Below are positions 12,811 through 26,860 of a stretch of 64,000 nucleotides of DNA, one piece after another. The stretch lies in assembly GCF_001194135.2 (NCBI RefSeq), contig NC_069002.1, positions 2,484,960 to 2,548,959 on the forward strand. Reading direction: 5' to 3'. Positions within the stretch are counted from its first letter, which is position 1; every line of letters begins with the position of its first letter. This stretch comes from Octopus bimaculoides. Taxonomy: Eukaryota. The position numbers and the translations under genes are program-made. Below the pieces are notes generated by a model. The model was not told where the DNA came from and did not search any database. It saw only the letters and a list, made by a program, of their open reading frames with translations.

Positions 12811-14128
12811 GTAAGTATAATCTTTCTACGTCAGATTTTAAACTTGTTTTCTGAAGGCAGACATTATTGTTCTTGCTTTATGGCTAACATTGTTTCATCT
12901 ACTACTACTGCTACTGCTACTGCTGCTGCCAATGCTGCTGCCATTGCTGCTGCTTTTGTTGTAGTCGTTCACATCCAGCCGAGCCGCCGAGTTTAATTTT
13001 TATTTCATCCTCTCGCCGGCGTTCTTCTATGGTATCGATTGAATCCATCCCTCGACACTTCAGTAACTAAATCAGAAATTAGTTTCATCATTATTACATT
13101 TGTTGTTGCTGCTTTGTTTTTGAGAGCTGTTCCAAGTCTCACCCAGAGACTTCAAATAGCAGCGAATTGGACGTTTCACTATGGTGTGATTTAGCATTAG
13201 CAGTGAACTATTAAATACTTCCTTTGTGTTCTGTCGTATGTAATATTTAGTAAAGATTAAGTAAAACTAGGCCGAAAGTATTACTTTTACTTGATCGTTA
13301 GTAAATACATTTTAGTGTACAAGATGTCTTCCTAAAGAATCTCCTACCTTCTCTGCATTCGAAATCCCAATCGTTATCTATCAAGGTTGAGGTTGTGTTT
13401 ACTAGACACACCCGTTCCTGTTTGTATCTAGATTTTCTAACTAGCTTATAAACAAGTACAGAATATTACAACCATAACTGTAGAGCACTAATGACAACCA
13501 TTTTTTGCTGTTATATTAAATTTTCTCTTAATCATTAAACTAATGCGTCTATAACATTCCTTGTTAATCTCTTCTTTCATTTACCGATGTTGAACTTTGT
13601 CTAGTTCATTAATTCATGACCATTTAAAAGTTTGCGTTTGGTGTAATTTTCATATCTCTGTTCATCTACCATGACGTAAGTGCACTTAATTAGTTGTCTT
13701 CTCTTCGTTCTTGTCTTTGGACATTTTCCTTGAAGCAGTATTTCTACTTGTTAATCATTTGAAGCGTTAACTTTGGAGGTTGTTTGACAATATCATCTGT
13801 ACTCCAGTCGAGTCATGTATAATGCGTTTGCTAAATGTCTTAACCTCAGTCAGAAAAAGGAGTAAAGAGTTCATTATTCGTACACACACATACACACACA
13901 CTCACACAAATAAACTAACAAACAAGCAAACACGCACACACACACGCACACACGCGCACACATACACGCACTTATATATATTCTTTCATAAAAGAATCGA
14001 TGTTAAAGTCGTACCAATGGTTTCATGCGTAATCATAGCAACTATTTATACAAAGACTGACGCTGATATAGCAGCCATACATTTTTACGCTGAATGGACA
14101 TACGTACATACATACATACATACATACA

Positions 14129-14162
<34 letters not shown>

Positions 14163-14304
14163 CATACATACATAAATAGTTGCATACATACATATACATA
14201 AACATGCGTATGGACGTACTGATGAACGGACGGACGTACTTACCGATATACGTATATACGTACATAGATACATAAAATGATACGTACATGAATAAACACA
14301 TTTT

Positions 14305-14460
14305 TCGTTTATTCTTTTAATCTTTTACTTATTTTAGTCATTTGACTGCGGCGATGCTGGAGCATCGCGTTTAGTCCAGCGAACTTATCCTTTGTAAGCC
14401 TAGTACTTATTATATCGGTATCTTTTGCCGAATCGCTAGTTTATGGGAATATAAACACAG
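14305..14460 (-). mobile_element. SINE family A, 3' part
   Basis: tcttttacttattttagtcatttgactgcggcgatgctggagca is the reverse complement of the family A tail. Confidence 0.8.
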
Positions 14461-14559
14461 CATAGATTTCAGACTGAAAAACGTATCAACCGATTGTTAC
14501 TGTTGCTAATTTATCCTAGCTGAAGCAACGAGTGGAGAGCGCTAGAGAAAAAAAAAAAA

Positions 14560-15170
14560 AAACGCCACGTAGTCTTAATCCACGCCATATTCATGCTCTT
14601 CTACCTTAACAATTTTCTTCAATGTCTGCCGTAATCCATAATTGATCATTAAATCTAGATTTTTGCTCGGAAACATATTTTACATCATTGATATGATTAC
14701 AGTTCGTTTTAACCTATAGGACGGAATGATTTTCTACTTGTAGATTGGTTGTTCTTTTATTTCCCTAATTAATATAATTTTCTCGTCATTTTTCCAATCG
14801 GGTATGGCTTGCGACCCATTCAATAATTTGGGCTAAACGTTTCCAGAAATCTGCACGTTTCTGATTTACTGAATTTACTTATGCCGTCCAGTTTCTGCTT
14901 TTTCATTCTAAGTTATTTTGTTTGTCTTTTAATCCACACAACCACCCACATATCTTCAGTTGCTGTCATTGCTGTTTTGCACATTCCAATCCCTGGAAGT
15001 GCCTTCTCTGTCAATATTTCTCCCAAGAAACCTTCTTCATTTATTGGTATTAGAGCTAAATCCATTTTTAGTTCATTTTTCACGTACAACTTGACTTGGT
15101 GCCAAAGAACCATTCTCGACCATCATATCAATGAATTCTCCCGATTCTTAGTGGTTTAGCAGTCTCTTTT
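14560..15170 (-). mobile_element. Decayed Dong/R4-like reverse transcriptase N-terminal region
   Basis: On the minus strand, in the expected order: IPDW..KIILI, FRPI, DQLWI..IEENC, then frameshifted NMAWI. These match the R2/R4-type motifs IPDWL..YRPITCL..DQLLI..MAWIDYKKAFD. Confidence 0.75.
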
Positions 15171-15779
15171 CTTTTAGGTGTCCTCTATATCACAGTATCT
15201 CTTCTATTGCCGTTGTATTTCGTTGTTATATATTTCTTTCCCTATATTTTCCCTTTTCTGTCGTTCTTGTTTTTCTTCTACTTCTTTAATTCAGGACTGT
15301 GCACTGCTTTCATCTTTTCCTCTTCTTCTTAATGTATGTATACGCTTTTTTTCTGCCTTTGAAATTATGCGTTCTCCTATTCCACCAATATCCACTCTAC
15401 GTTTCATCCTTCCGGATTGACAATAAAAAACAAGAAAAACAAGAAAAAATCCGAACCATGTAGTAAAGTCGGCATAATCACGGATTCTTTTTCAACTTGA
15501 AATAGATATGTCCTCGTGCGTATGTCAGGTACCAGAAACCAGTAAAGGATTTTTTCTTTCTTATTCCTATCGGAGTATATGTCTATGAATTGGCGGAAAT
15601 AACACTATACATCGAAAGAATCCATATTATTGGATAGTGGTTCGTACAATGAGTACAGGTGAGGATTAAATGCTTTCTCTTACTTACTTGTACTCAATGA
15701 ATTTATGAGTTGCCCTTGTTAATCATTTCAGCATTTAAGAAATACCGGGTTAATTACTTTCTGCCTGTCTTCATGTACT

Positions 15780-16115
15780 GTGTTCAAATTCCGCAGAGGT
15801 CGGCTTTGCGTTTCGTTCTTTCGGAGCCGACGAAAATAATTGCCAGTTAAGCACTTGGGTCGACACAGTTCCCGGGGGAGCTGGGGTTGTGTCAAAGTTG
15901 GGAACCAATATTATTTCAGAATTTTAGGCGTCTAGCTGGCAGAATCATTAGCACGCCAGGCGGAAAACTTAGCAGCATTTATGTTGAGTTCAAATTCTGC
16001 CGAAGTCCTTTTCGGGGTCGATACATTAAGAACCAATTAGCATTGGGGTCTTTGTGATTCACTATCCCCCTCCAACAAAATGTCAAGCCTTGTGCCTATA
16101 GTTGAAAAGATTATT
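15780..16115 (+). mobile_element. Two tandem SINE family B copies
   Basis: gttcaaattccgcagaggtcggctttg.. and tagctggcagaatcattagcacgccaggcg..gagttcaaattctgccgaagtc. Confidence 0.85.
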
Positions 16116-16274
16116 ATGATCATGTTTACAATCAACTCAATTAAGGTTCTCATTAACAAAGCAATTATATATTTTACAGTTTGAGACAAAAGTTCATTGA
16201 GTTTGCAGAATCGGTCTGATAAAATTGTTACGCACAATCGCACAGCCGGATGCATGCACACACACACACACTCA

Positions 16275-16443
16275 CTCTCACTCACAGACACATCAGTTTC
16301 CATCTGCAAAATCCGCCGACAAGGCTGTGGTTAGTCCGAGGATATGGCAGAAGATACTGAGGAAAGGTGCCACGCAGTGGGACTGAAACCGTAACCATGA
16401 AGCTGGGAAGCAAACCTCTTACCACGCAGCCACGCTTTCACCT
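16275..16443 (-). mobile_element. SINE family A, 5' half
   Basis: Reverse complement gtggctgcgtggtaagaggtttgcttcccagcttcatggttacggtttcagtcccactgcgtggcacc. Confidence 0.85.
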
Positions 16444-16634
16444 GTGCTTAAAATTATTATTTCAGATTGGTTGCCAGTGAATAATTCCTTGCGGTACCTT
16501 GTGATATTGGTTTCAGTTTGAATCCCCGTGGTAATTACATTGACTTTCATCTTGCTGGTGGTGTTATGAGGAGTTGGTGCGGAAAATAACACTATCGTAG
16601 ATTAAAATCCACTATATAAATCTCCTAGGCTACA

Positions 16635-16635
16635 A

Positions 16636-16672
<37 letters not shown>

Positions 16673-17040
16673 CCATCGGCATCTTCATTCACATCACCAC
16701 CTCCACCATCATCATCATCATCACAGTCAACGTAGTCAACGCCGCTACCACAAACAACGACCACCGCTGCCGCCGCCGCAATTATTATAATCTTCAACAG
16801 TAAGCAGCAGCAACGCCAACAGCATCAGGACTACGATCGCCTGCACTCGCCTCCTCCTCCTCCTCCTCCTCCTCCTCATCATCATCATTATCATCACCGT
16901 CGTTGTTGTAGTAATGGTGGTGAATTTGTGTATGGCGATGTTAATGATGCTGATATTGCAGCATTTCTAGAGGAGGGGGCCGCGGAGGTGGCGGGTATCG
17001 GTGGCGGCGGGTGCCGGTGTCAGTGGTGAAGAGTGGGGGA
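16635..17040. repeat. Degenerate (CAT/CAC/CTC/GCC)n trinucleotide low-complexity tract
   Basis: Direct inspection. Confidence 0.85.
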
Positions 17041-17362
17041 CTAAATAGCTTCGAATTAACATAGGCGTTGGCATTAGGTTATAGAAAGTGTTAGCTGGTT
17101 CGGTCACCTATTAGTTTATTCTTTTGATCTTGTCATTTGAATATTGTTAATTAATAGATGTAGACCAGACTTGCACTGATGTAACGTGTCCGAAGGCGGA
17201 GGATAGGTTATTTGCTGCCGTCGCCACTGTTGTTGTGTGGTCACAGTATTATCAAAGAGAGCAAAACAGAGACGTGTGGGGGAGGGGGAGAAGAGGCGGG
17301 CAGAGGATGAAATCTGTGATTTGAAGAGGAAGCAAGCAAAAATCGAAAAGGGAAAAAAATAT

Positions 17363-17365
17363 GTT

Positions 17366-17429
<64 letters not shown>

Positions 17430-17443
17430 AAATTAGTAATAGC

Positions 17444-17494
<51 letters not shown>
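17363..17494. repeat. (TAG)n microsatellite running into a gap
   Basis: Direct inspection. Confidence 0.95.
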
Positions 17495-17668
17495 NNNNNN
17501 NNNNNNNNNNNNNNNNNNNNNNNNNNNNNNNNNNNNNNNNNNNNNNNNNNNNNNNNNNNNNNNNNNNNNNNNNNNNNNNNNNNNNNNNNNNNNNNNNNNN
17601 NNNNNNNNNNNNNNNNNNNNNNNNNNNNNNNNNNNNNNNNNNNNNNNNNNNNNNNNNNNNNNNNNNNN

Positions 17669-17708
<40 letters not shown>

Positions 17709-18302
17709 CATATACCTGAGTAAGCACATAAATGTAAAACAAGGTGGAAGAAAAGAGTACTCAAATGCGAGAGGTAGAGTAATCTGCTTTATTTAAAAGC
17801 ATCAGAAAAATCACACAAACTGTAACTCAGAGTTTCACGTTCCTGTAACAGTTTTCGTGATCTCTGCTGCTTTCTAATGAAGTATATATACATAGATATA
17901 AATAAATAAATAAATAAATAACATATATATACATATATATATATGCACGTGTGTGTGTAAGTGTTAGTGCGTGTATCTTTGTGTGTGTGTGAGTGTGTGT
18001 AGGTATATATACACACACATATATATATTTGTGTAAGCAAATCGAAAATTAAAACAAAAATTCAAAAGATCGTACACATTAATTGTAGTAGGTTGACACT
18101 CAGTTTAAGATGGAAAAAAAGAGGAGTTGTGTTCGTATGCAAGCCGATGGGTCTGTCTCTGAGCACTCTAATTTTGTGTGTGCGTGTGTGTTGGTATGTG
18201 ATTATGCATGTGCATAATACGATTCACAGCATAAAATAAACTAGGCTTTACCCACATCAAGATCACAAATAACAATCAGTGAGAGCCATCATACTCTCAC
18301 AG

Positions 18303-18317
18303 ATTACTGAAGGCTTT
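18303..18317 (+). CDS. Candidate 15-nt micro-exon
   Basis: catcatactctcacAG | ATTACTGAAGGCTTT | GTAAGT. Confidence 0.2.
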
Positions 18318-18526
18318 GTAAGTTACGGAAGAAGAGCGAATATGAAAGTATTTTATACAATAACTATATAATAATATATCATAATTATTATATATATACT
18401 CCGATTTAAACCGGCATTTATCTAAACCATTGACTGAATAATGATGACCTAACGCAGGGCAGAATCGAACTCATAAATCAACGCTTACACGCCTCCTTGC
18501 ACATCCGATATATGCCTCGTCATATA

Positions 18527-18560
<34 letters not shown>

Positions 18561-20303
18561 NNNNNNNNNNNNNNNNNNNNNNNNNNNNNNNNNNNNNNNN
18601 NNNNNNNNNNNNNNNNNNNNNNNNNNNNNNNNNNNNNNNNNNNNNNNNNNNNNNNNNNNNNNNNNNNNNNNNNNNNNNNNNNNNNNNNNNNNNNNNTATA
18701 TATACATATATATATACACACACACATACACTCAAATATAGATGTATGTATGTACATAGGTGTACATGTTTTAAGAAATATATATATGAAGCACTAAAAT
18801 ATATCCTTCCACCTCCTACAAAATTAATCTCTACGATTAACCCACATCGACAACAAACTGAACAATCACAAGATCAGCCCAACCAACAACAACCATAACA
18901 AGTACAAAATTAGAAAGGAAACAAACCTAACAAAAACAGCAAAAACAAGAACTGACATCCAGCCCGCCATTATTACGATCTCTAATCATTTTGGCGACGG
19001 ATTCTTTAAACTAGTCACCTAACCCACAATTATATCTTACGAGTGTAGTTACTAAGAGACGTCAACAGTAACTGACTTTACTGCTTTTGTATATTTGTTT
19101 TACTCCTGGGTTTTGGTTACATTTTTCTAGGATTTGTTTTCTTAATTTTTTTAGTTTTTGTTATAATTTTTCTTGCAGAACTTTTTTACAATTTTTTTTA
19201 TCTTATTTCTTTTCCTTTTTTGTGTATTTGATTTTATACGACAGTTTCTTTGTTTTTGTTTTGACTTTTTGTTTTAGATTAAGCTTTTATTGTTTGTTAT
19301 ATTTTACCGCTATGTTTATTCTTTGTATATTTTTTGTTCGTGATATTTTTCTGTCTGTTATTTCTTATTGTTTTGTTTGTTACCGCTTGTTCTTTATTTT
19401 TGGTATTTTATTTGGGGGATTGTATTAATATTATTTTTTGATAATTTGTTTTCATCTTACTTGCTGCCAGTACTTCAAAGCAAAGCCATAAATGAATAAT
19501 ATTTTACAAAAGAGTTCGAACAAAGTAGTGCTGGTGAAAGTGGCGGTGGTATTTGTGGCGATGGTGATGATAGTGATTAAGGCAGTAGAGGCAACGTTGC
19601 TGGCGCTGGTGTTAGCTTTGGTGACAGTTGTGGACGCGTCGTGCCAATGATGGTGCTGGTCTGCTGATGATGTATTACTGAGAAACTATCGTTTATATAG
19701 TAGTGGCGATGTTGCACTTTTAAATGAGCGGCGGTGGATTAAATAGAAATGTAGTGGTGCACTTTCTTTTCACATAAAACTGGTCAGTTAATCATTTGGG
19801 GCTTGGTAGTAGTGAGTGTATATAGTAGTGGCTGATTCGATGGTGGTTCCGCTATTTGCATCCATCGTCCGGTGAATCTTTGTGGTGGTGAAATCTGGAG
19901 TTGGTCTATTGGTTTGATAGTAATGTTTAATGGCTGTTCGATAATGTTGTTCAACTGATTGTGTAACTGGGTTTGTAGTTTGAATATTAATGGAATTGAC
20001 AAATTTGTCATTAATCTTAGTGGTGGTGGCAGTGGTGGTGTTAGTGTGAATGTGATTCCACAGATGATGATGACGCTGATTGCTAATTGTACTGATGATC
20101 GGAGGCGTAGTGCTGTTGCAGACGGTGGTGACAATGGCGGCGATAATTATAACGTTCACAGCAATTTTTGATCGTTGTCAACGGTCTGATGATTGTGGGG
20201 AAGTGATTTTCGTACATCGGAGTTATAAGAGTTGATATTGTTGCAATATTCAAGTTAATAGACGCAGACACACACTCTGACACATACACATAATCATGTT
20301 CAT

Positions 20304-20358
<55 letters not shown>

Positions 20359-20393
20359 TACACACACATATATATATTCACATACATATATAT

Positions 20394-20427
<34 letters not shown>

Positions 20428-20734
20428 NNNNNNNNNNNNNNNNNNNNNNNNNNNNNNNNNNNNNNNNNNNNNNNNNNNNNNNNNNNNNNNNNNNNNNNNN
20501 NNNNNNNNNNNNNNNNNNNNNNNNNNNNNNNNNNNNNNNNNNNNNNNNNNNNNNNNNNNNNNNNNNNNNNNNNNNNNNNNNNNNNNNNNNNNNNNNNNNN
20601 NNNNNNNNNNNNNNNNNNNNNNNNNNNNNNNNNNNNNNNNNNNNNNNNNNNNNNNNNNNNNNNNNNNTATGTATATATATATATATGTATGCATGCACAC
20701 AGATATATACATATATATATATGTATATATCTTT

Positions 20735-21340
20735 CAGCCTCTTTGCATTTTTGCATATGTTACGAAATCCCATTTATTTTTTCCTCCTAGCTTTTTCTTT
20801 TCTTCTTCCATTTCAGGTACGTTTTCCTTTTCAATTCTGAACAATCTCTCCATTTCACCCTCGTACAGTTGCACTCCTGAATCTTTATCCTTCGCTGGGA
20901 CAACCGGCGCCTTTAACACTGTTTTCTCCTTCTGTATCTCTTTCTCGCACACTTTTCCAATTATTTTTCCCTTTCTTTCTCCACCACCTTCCTTCTGGTC
21001 GCAGCTTTCATTTCCACCTCTTCTTTCTTCTTTTTCTGGTTATCTCGCGACGGGCTCGCTCTTCCACTTCTCCTTTTTCTTTGCACCACCGTGAATCCCT
21101 CTTCCGCTGTTTCTTCTTCTATCTCCACCTGTACTACCCGGTGCGCACTCGCCCGCTGCTCCGTCTGTTCTCTCTGTGGACACCTCACTTTCATGTGGCC
21201 TTTCTCCCCACATGAAAAACATATAGGCGGCGTGCCCTCCACTATCACTTTCTGCACATGTCAATTTATATTGCGGCACATTTATATTGCGGCTCCATTC
21301 GGAGCCAACCAAATAGGGGTGTTCTACTTTTACGCAACAC
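20735..21340 (-). mobile_element. L1/Tx1-like LINE ORF1 fragment with gag-type CCHC zinc knuckle
   Basis: KVIVEGTPPICFSCGEKGHMKVRCP (C-x2-C-x4-H-x4-C), followed by EEGFTVVQRKRR and a K/E-rich tail, with frameshifts. Confidence 0.8.
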
Positions 21341-21944
21341 ATACGTACATACATAGATATATATGTATATATGTATGACTGTGTACCAGTTTATGCATAT
21401 GAATGCGTTTATATACACCTATACAGACACATATAGCTGCATACGCTATTTCACCCACATGTGCTACAATACAAAACGGTTTTCGAAAATAAAATTCCGT
21501 ATACCAAACATTTGTTTATTTATTATTATAATTACTTTTTTTTTCTATTTGGAATTTCACTGATGCTGACGTAAACATTTATCATTTAGAGTCACTGGGG
21601 CTTATTATTTATTTATTCATACAATTTAAGTTTATTCATTTTTTATTCATTTGATTTAGTTTGGTGATTTTTAATTACAATCATCATTTGTTTCTTTAGT
21701 TTCCTCGCTCAACAACTTATCCGTCTTTCATTTATTCTCAAATGTCATTGTTTGTTTCTTGGTCACTCAAGCTGATGAAAAGAAAATAAAGTGAAATGTA
21801 TTTGTTTATTTCTATCTTCTTCTGCAATTCAGGAAACGAAACAGTTGCGTTTAACTCTTTCTCGTAGTCCTCGTTGAACGATTGCGAAATCATAAAATGC
21901 ATATCAGCAGTGTCAGGCATGTATACTGACATATTACTTATATA

Positions 21945-21976
<32 letters not shown>

Positions 21977-24184
21977 NNNNNNNNNNNNNNNNNNNNNNNN
22001 NNNNNNNNNNNNNNNNNNNNNNNNNNNNNNNNNNNNNNNNNNNNNNNNNNNNNNNNNNNNNNNNNNNNNNNNNNNNNNNNNNNNNNNNNNNNNNNNNNNN
22101 NNNNNNNNNNNNNNNNNNNNNNNNNNNNNNNNNNNNNNNNNNNNNNNNNNNNNNNNNNNNNNNNNNNNNNNNNNNNNNNNNNNNNNNNNNNNNNNNNNNN
22201 NNNNNNNNNNNNNNNNNNNNNNNNNNNNNNNNNNNNNNNNNNNNNNNNNATATATATACAGAAAATAGCCCGCCGTATATATACATGTGTGTATGTGTAT
22301 GTGTGTGTGTGTGCGTGTGTATTAAGGACTGCGTGCAACTTCCATATTTATTTTGATAGTATTTATCTGCGTGACTTGCCTAATATGCAGTCTTGCATTA
22401 TCTTGTAGGAGCAACAGTCCTGTACGTCTGACCAACGATAGGAACTTTTCCTACAAATTTTATCGCAATGCTTCTAAATAATGTCAGTGTTTCCCTGCAC
22501 ACTGCATTAAAGGTTTTGTTTTAGTTTAACACTCCATGACAGATGATACACTTCATCCTCTACCAAACACAGACCATAAATTATCCTGGTACAGCACTAC
22601 ACTGAGGATAGAACTCCTCCTTTAGTGGGTATCAATCATTTTTATTATCGTTACATATCATTACCGAAAACCTACTTTCCATCACCTGTGGCGATTTTAT
22701 CCAGGAAAGATTAGATATTAACTGTAATCTACTATGATGTATAGAGATCCACTTTGTAATTAAGCTGACAAGCAGGTAAATAATTAGAGACTTACTGATC
22801 AAATGTAGACACATCACATCGTTTTTGAAGATGGTTTATGGTCAAAGTGTGTCTTGAATTGAAATGATTCGCTCATTGCCTTGAAGTTTGCTTTGAATTT
22901 TTCTCAACTACGGTCTTCAGAAAATCAATACTGAGAAAATCCGGTCTCTAGATCGAGGGGAATTTACGACAGAAAGGTTTTCCTGAGCAGAAAGGGTCAA
23001 ATATCATTGGTTTGTCCAGAGACTTAAAGTTTCATTTACATAGACTGAACGAATATTCTGTGCCGCTTGCATTGCAAAAGAGCTTCTTTTGAATTCATAT
23101 AGCCTGCAGTATCTCAAATGGCTCTGACCTTACATCATTTCAAAAGGGTAAAATCAAACGAGATAAACAATATGGCATAAAGTAGTCTGCAAAGAATATC
23201 AAAACTGAGGAGTACTTAACCTCAGTTTGATAAAGTACCCTATAATGATAATATTAAACATGCGATAGGACTGGTTCTTCCTTTTTTTCCGTTATTAACT
23301 ACATATTGGGAATTGACAACCTATCATCTACTGGACCTATATTTTTGTATAACAGTATAGGTTTAATATTTAAAACAATGTGTGGCGTCATGCAATGAAA
23401 TACTTATTATGTGATTAGAACCTCAAGCATACACGTCTAGAAATGAATGCTTTTATGAAAATATATCCTACATAGTTTTGTAATTGAAGAACACTATATG
23501 TTTTAGCGAATGGCAAAAATAAAAAATAAAAATGACAGATAAACGTGACAGACATATTTAAGAAAAGAGATATGTATATATATTTTTTAATTTATATTAG
23601 CAGAAAAAAAGAAGGTAGAAAAATATTACTAAAATATATTTTCTTTTAAAAATCCCACATTTTTTATTATTTTTCTTTATCGATTATCATTAACGAAAAA
23701 TCAAAAGAAACAGGAAGATAGATTTGGAAAATTGCCAGAAGATGTTAAGTGCGAAGGAAATAGCTATGTTTGTGGCTCAGTCAGCATTAAAAGATGTGCT
23801 TTCATGCTGCGGTGAGAACTGGGGCAGGAAGGACGGGGAATTGTGGGAGAGAAGAAACAAAATGAATACTACATAAAAAAGAGAAAAATGTGAAATAACT
23901 TAGTTTGCCACCTACAGAGTTCTAGCTCTAACTTCTATAGGAATCCTTGTGAAATATAAAAGATGAAAAGACGAAAAGACAAGAAGGATTTGTATTTTAG
24001 GATTTTATTTGGGCTTTTTATAGATTTTTTGGCAAGAATGTAACTGTATTTAATGGGTAAGGTAAGGTGTACTTCGTCGAGGTAATGTGATATATTGATT
24101 AAACACAGTCGTATTCCTGTAGTAAAAGATGTAATAGCTGTCATGAAGAAAAAACATTTTATTTAGAAATTAATAACAATAATT

Positions 24185-24300
24185 TCCTATTTTAGCACAA
24201 GGCCAGCACTTTCGAGAGAAAGGGAAGTTGGTTACATTGACTGATACTTATTTTATCAACCACGAAAGTATGAATCACAAAGGTGTGCAACCTTACCACG
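24185..24300 (-). mobile_element. SINE family B, 3' fragment
   Basis: ttagcacaaggccagcactttcg..ttacattgac..tacttattttatcaacc. Confidence 0.6.
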
Positions 24301-25599
24301 ACGCTGTCTACATTAAAGTACCCCAATATGTTATTACTTGATCTTCACCATTTCAGCACTTCCTTCTGTATTATAAATTGTGTCCGTTTAAGTTTGTACT
24401 TAATATCTCCAAAACTCTCTTGCACAATTAGTCACATAGATCAAAGTAATACATATGCTACAGTGAATAGACGAACATTCAGCTTTTCGAAAATGTTGTT
24501 AAGGAATTTCCGCTGAAATTAATAAAGCAACGTAAAAAAATTTGAAGAACAAAGCTAGAAGAGTGAGTCATAAAATATGTAAAGAGAAACGATTGCGATA
24601 CATCCGTGTCGATTATAATGAAAGTGGTATTATGATAAATTATTTCTTAAGACTAGTAACAGGAAAATTTTGAGTCAATTGTGGTACTTAAAAAGGTAGG
24701 AACATTGATGACAAAGCTTCGTAAATGCAATGTGTTGAAATTTTAAAGTCTGTAATAAGACTCACATTGAATGATTGTGTCGCGTTAATTGTAAACGCAT
24801 TCCAGTTTTGCTATCATGTTCTAAAAACATTTTTGGTCTTGTAAGTTCTTCGCAAGCCACGGGCTTTGTATGTGGGTATATATGTGTGCGTGTATATATA
24901 AGAAATATAATTTATATANNNNNNNNNNNNNNNNNNNNNNNNNNNNNNNNNNNNNNNNNNNNNNNNNNNNNNNNNNNNNNNNNNNNNNNNNNNNNNNNNN
25001 NNNNNNNNNNNNNNNNNNNNNNNNNNNNNNNNNNNNNNNNNNNNNNNNNNNNNNNNNNNNNNNNNNNNNNNNNNNNNNNNNNNNNNNNNNNNNNNNNNNN
25101 NNNNNNNNNNNNNNNNNNNNNNNNNNNNNNNNNNNNNNNNNNNNNNNNNNNNNNNNNNNNNNNNNNNNNNNNNNNNNNNNNNNNNNNNNNNNNNNNNNNN
25201 NNNNNNNNNNNNNNNNNNNNNNNNNNNNNNNNNNNNNNNNNNNNNNNNNNNNNNNNNNNNNNNNNNNNNNNNNNNNNNNNNNNNNNNNNNNNNNNNNNNN
25301 NNNNNNNNNNNNNNNNNNNNNNNNNNNNNNNNNNNNNNNNNNNNNNNNNNNNNNNNNNNNNNNNNNNNNNNNNNNNNNNNNNNNNNNNNNNNNNNNNNNN
25401 NNNNNNNNNNNNNNNNNNNNNNNNNNNNNNNNNNNNNNNNNNNNNNNNNNNNATATATATACATATATATATATATATATACATTAAATGCATGTATTTA
25501 TGTATGAATTTATATAACAAGACCATCGATTAGATCGGAAACAATACACTCATGTTATATATCATATACATCGCCATTGTTGATGTCAACATTGTTGGC

Positions 25600-26120
25600 A
25601 GTACTTCAAAACAGTGAAACATTGCTACGTTCTTCAAAGTTTTCCTCTGTTTTGTACTGTATTTTCCTGTAAGCTTTTGGGTTGATGTTTCTATATATTA
25701 CATCCGCTCTTCTTTGTTGAGAAGTTTGCTATTTGCAGCTGCTTCTGGCGTTACTTCAGTGTTTCGTCTGCTTGTTTGTGAAATATACATAGAGTTTGAA
25801 TCTAGTTATCTTGTCGAAAGCTCTGTTTTGTGACTTCTGTTATATTTTGCATTATTGGCTGGTACTTGTGTACAATATGTTTATGTGTAAGTTTCTAACG
25901 CGTCAGTTATGTTTCTCTTGCTGTTCTTGTTTATGTATTCGATTAAGTTTTCTGTGTTCCTTTACTTTGTGTATTCGTTTCTAGTGAGAAAGCTTTTGTC
26001 GTTTTTATAACAATGTTGTCATGACAAACACTCCACTGCACTTTCCACTTTTAGGCCATGCGTATCTCAGTCTCTGCTGGGTTTTCCTTTTATCCTGTAA
26101 TACTGTATTCAATCTAATCG
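25600..26120 (-). mobile_element. Possible highly decayed RTE-like RT fragment
   Basis: On the minus strand GVFVMTTLL*KRQKLSLETN and RAFDKITR resemble RT motifs, but their spacing (about 150 nt) is longer than expected. Confidence 0.3.
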
Positions 26121-26649
26121 TTCAACACTCTTGATCAGGCTTTCCTTACCCAGAACTTACAATGCCCATTCGTAAATTATATTCAGTTTTCGTCTAATAA
26201 TGATGTAATAATGTCTTCATCAAATATGACTGTAACTTCAGTTTGTGCTTTCATAGCTTCAGAGAAAACGTGTTGTGTTTCATTTTTCGTCTTGCGTAAA
26301 GCTATTTGTTGAATGTTTAAATATATTTTTTTTGAATACAGCATATATTTGTTATTCTTATTGTGAATACTTTATGACAATTTTCGACTAGCAAAACAAT
26401 CGTATTTACCTCGAAACCTATTAAATATTATAATTCCGTCGAAGAGAGTGTTCACTGTGTTTTAGATGGAGTCATTGAATGTATCAGTTTCTAGTCCTTG
26501 CTGACAGTTGAAAACTTACTTCTAAAGCTTATTACTGGAGGTGTTGTAGTCTTGATGCTATTTTATTTCTGTTTGAAGTGACTGAAGCATTTCGCTCTAA
26601 GTTTTACATTTAATTTTGGTGTGTTCCATTCATTAATAATTTTCCTGTA

Positions 26650-26860
26650 TGAGGTGGCGAGTTGGTCGAATCGATAGCACGCTGAGTAAAATGCTTAGCG
26701 TCACTTCGTCTGTCTTGACGTTCTGAGTTCAAATTCCACCTAGGTCGACTTTGCCTTTCGTCCTTCCGGGACCGATCAATTATTACCAGTTTAGCACTGG
26801 GGGTGATGTAAGCGGCTTCCACGCTCCATCGAAATTGCTGGACTTGTTCCAAAATATTAT
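26650..26860 (+). mobile_element. SINE family B
   Basis: gagttggtcgaatcgatagcacgctgagtaaaatgcttagc..gttctgagttcaaattccacctaggtcgactttgccttt. Confidence 0.9.

Noticed and set aside
19087-20171. F/L-rich ORF at 19087 and T/N/P-rich ORFs at 19784-20171
   Set aside because: Derived from degenerate T-rich and (GGT/GAT)n low-complexity sequence.
26014-26028. Third X-box-like palindrome GTTGTCATGACAAAC
   Set aside because: It does not fit the consensus spacing and lies in a probable LINE relic.
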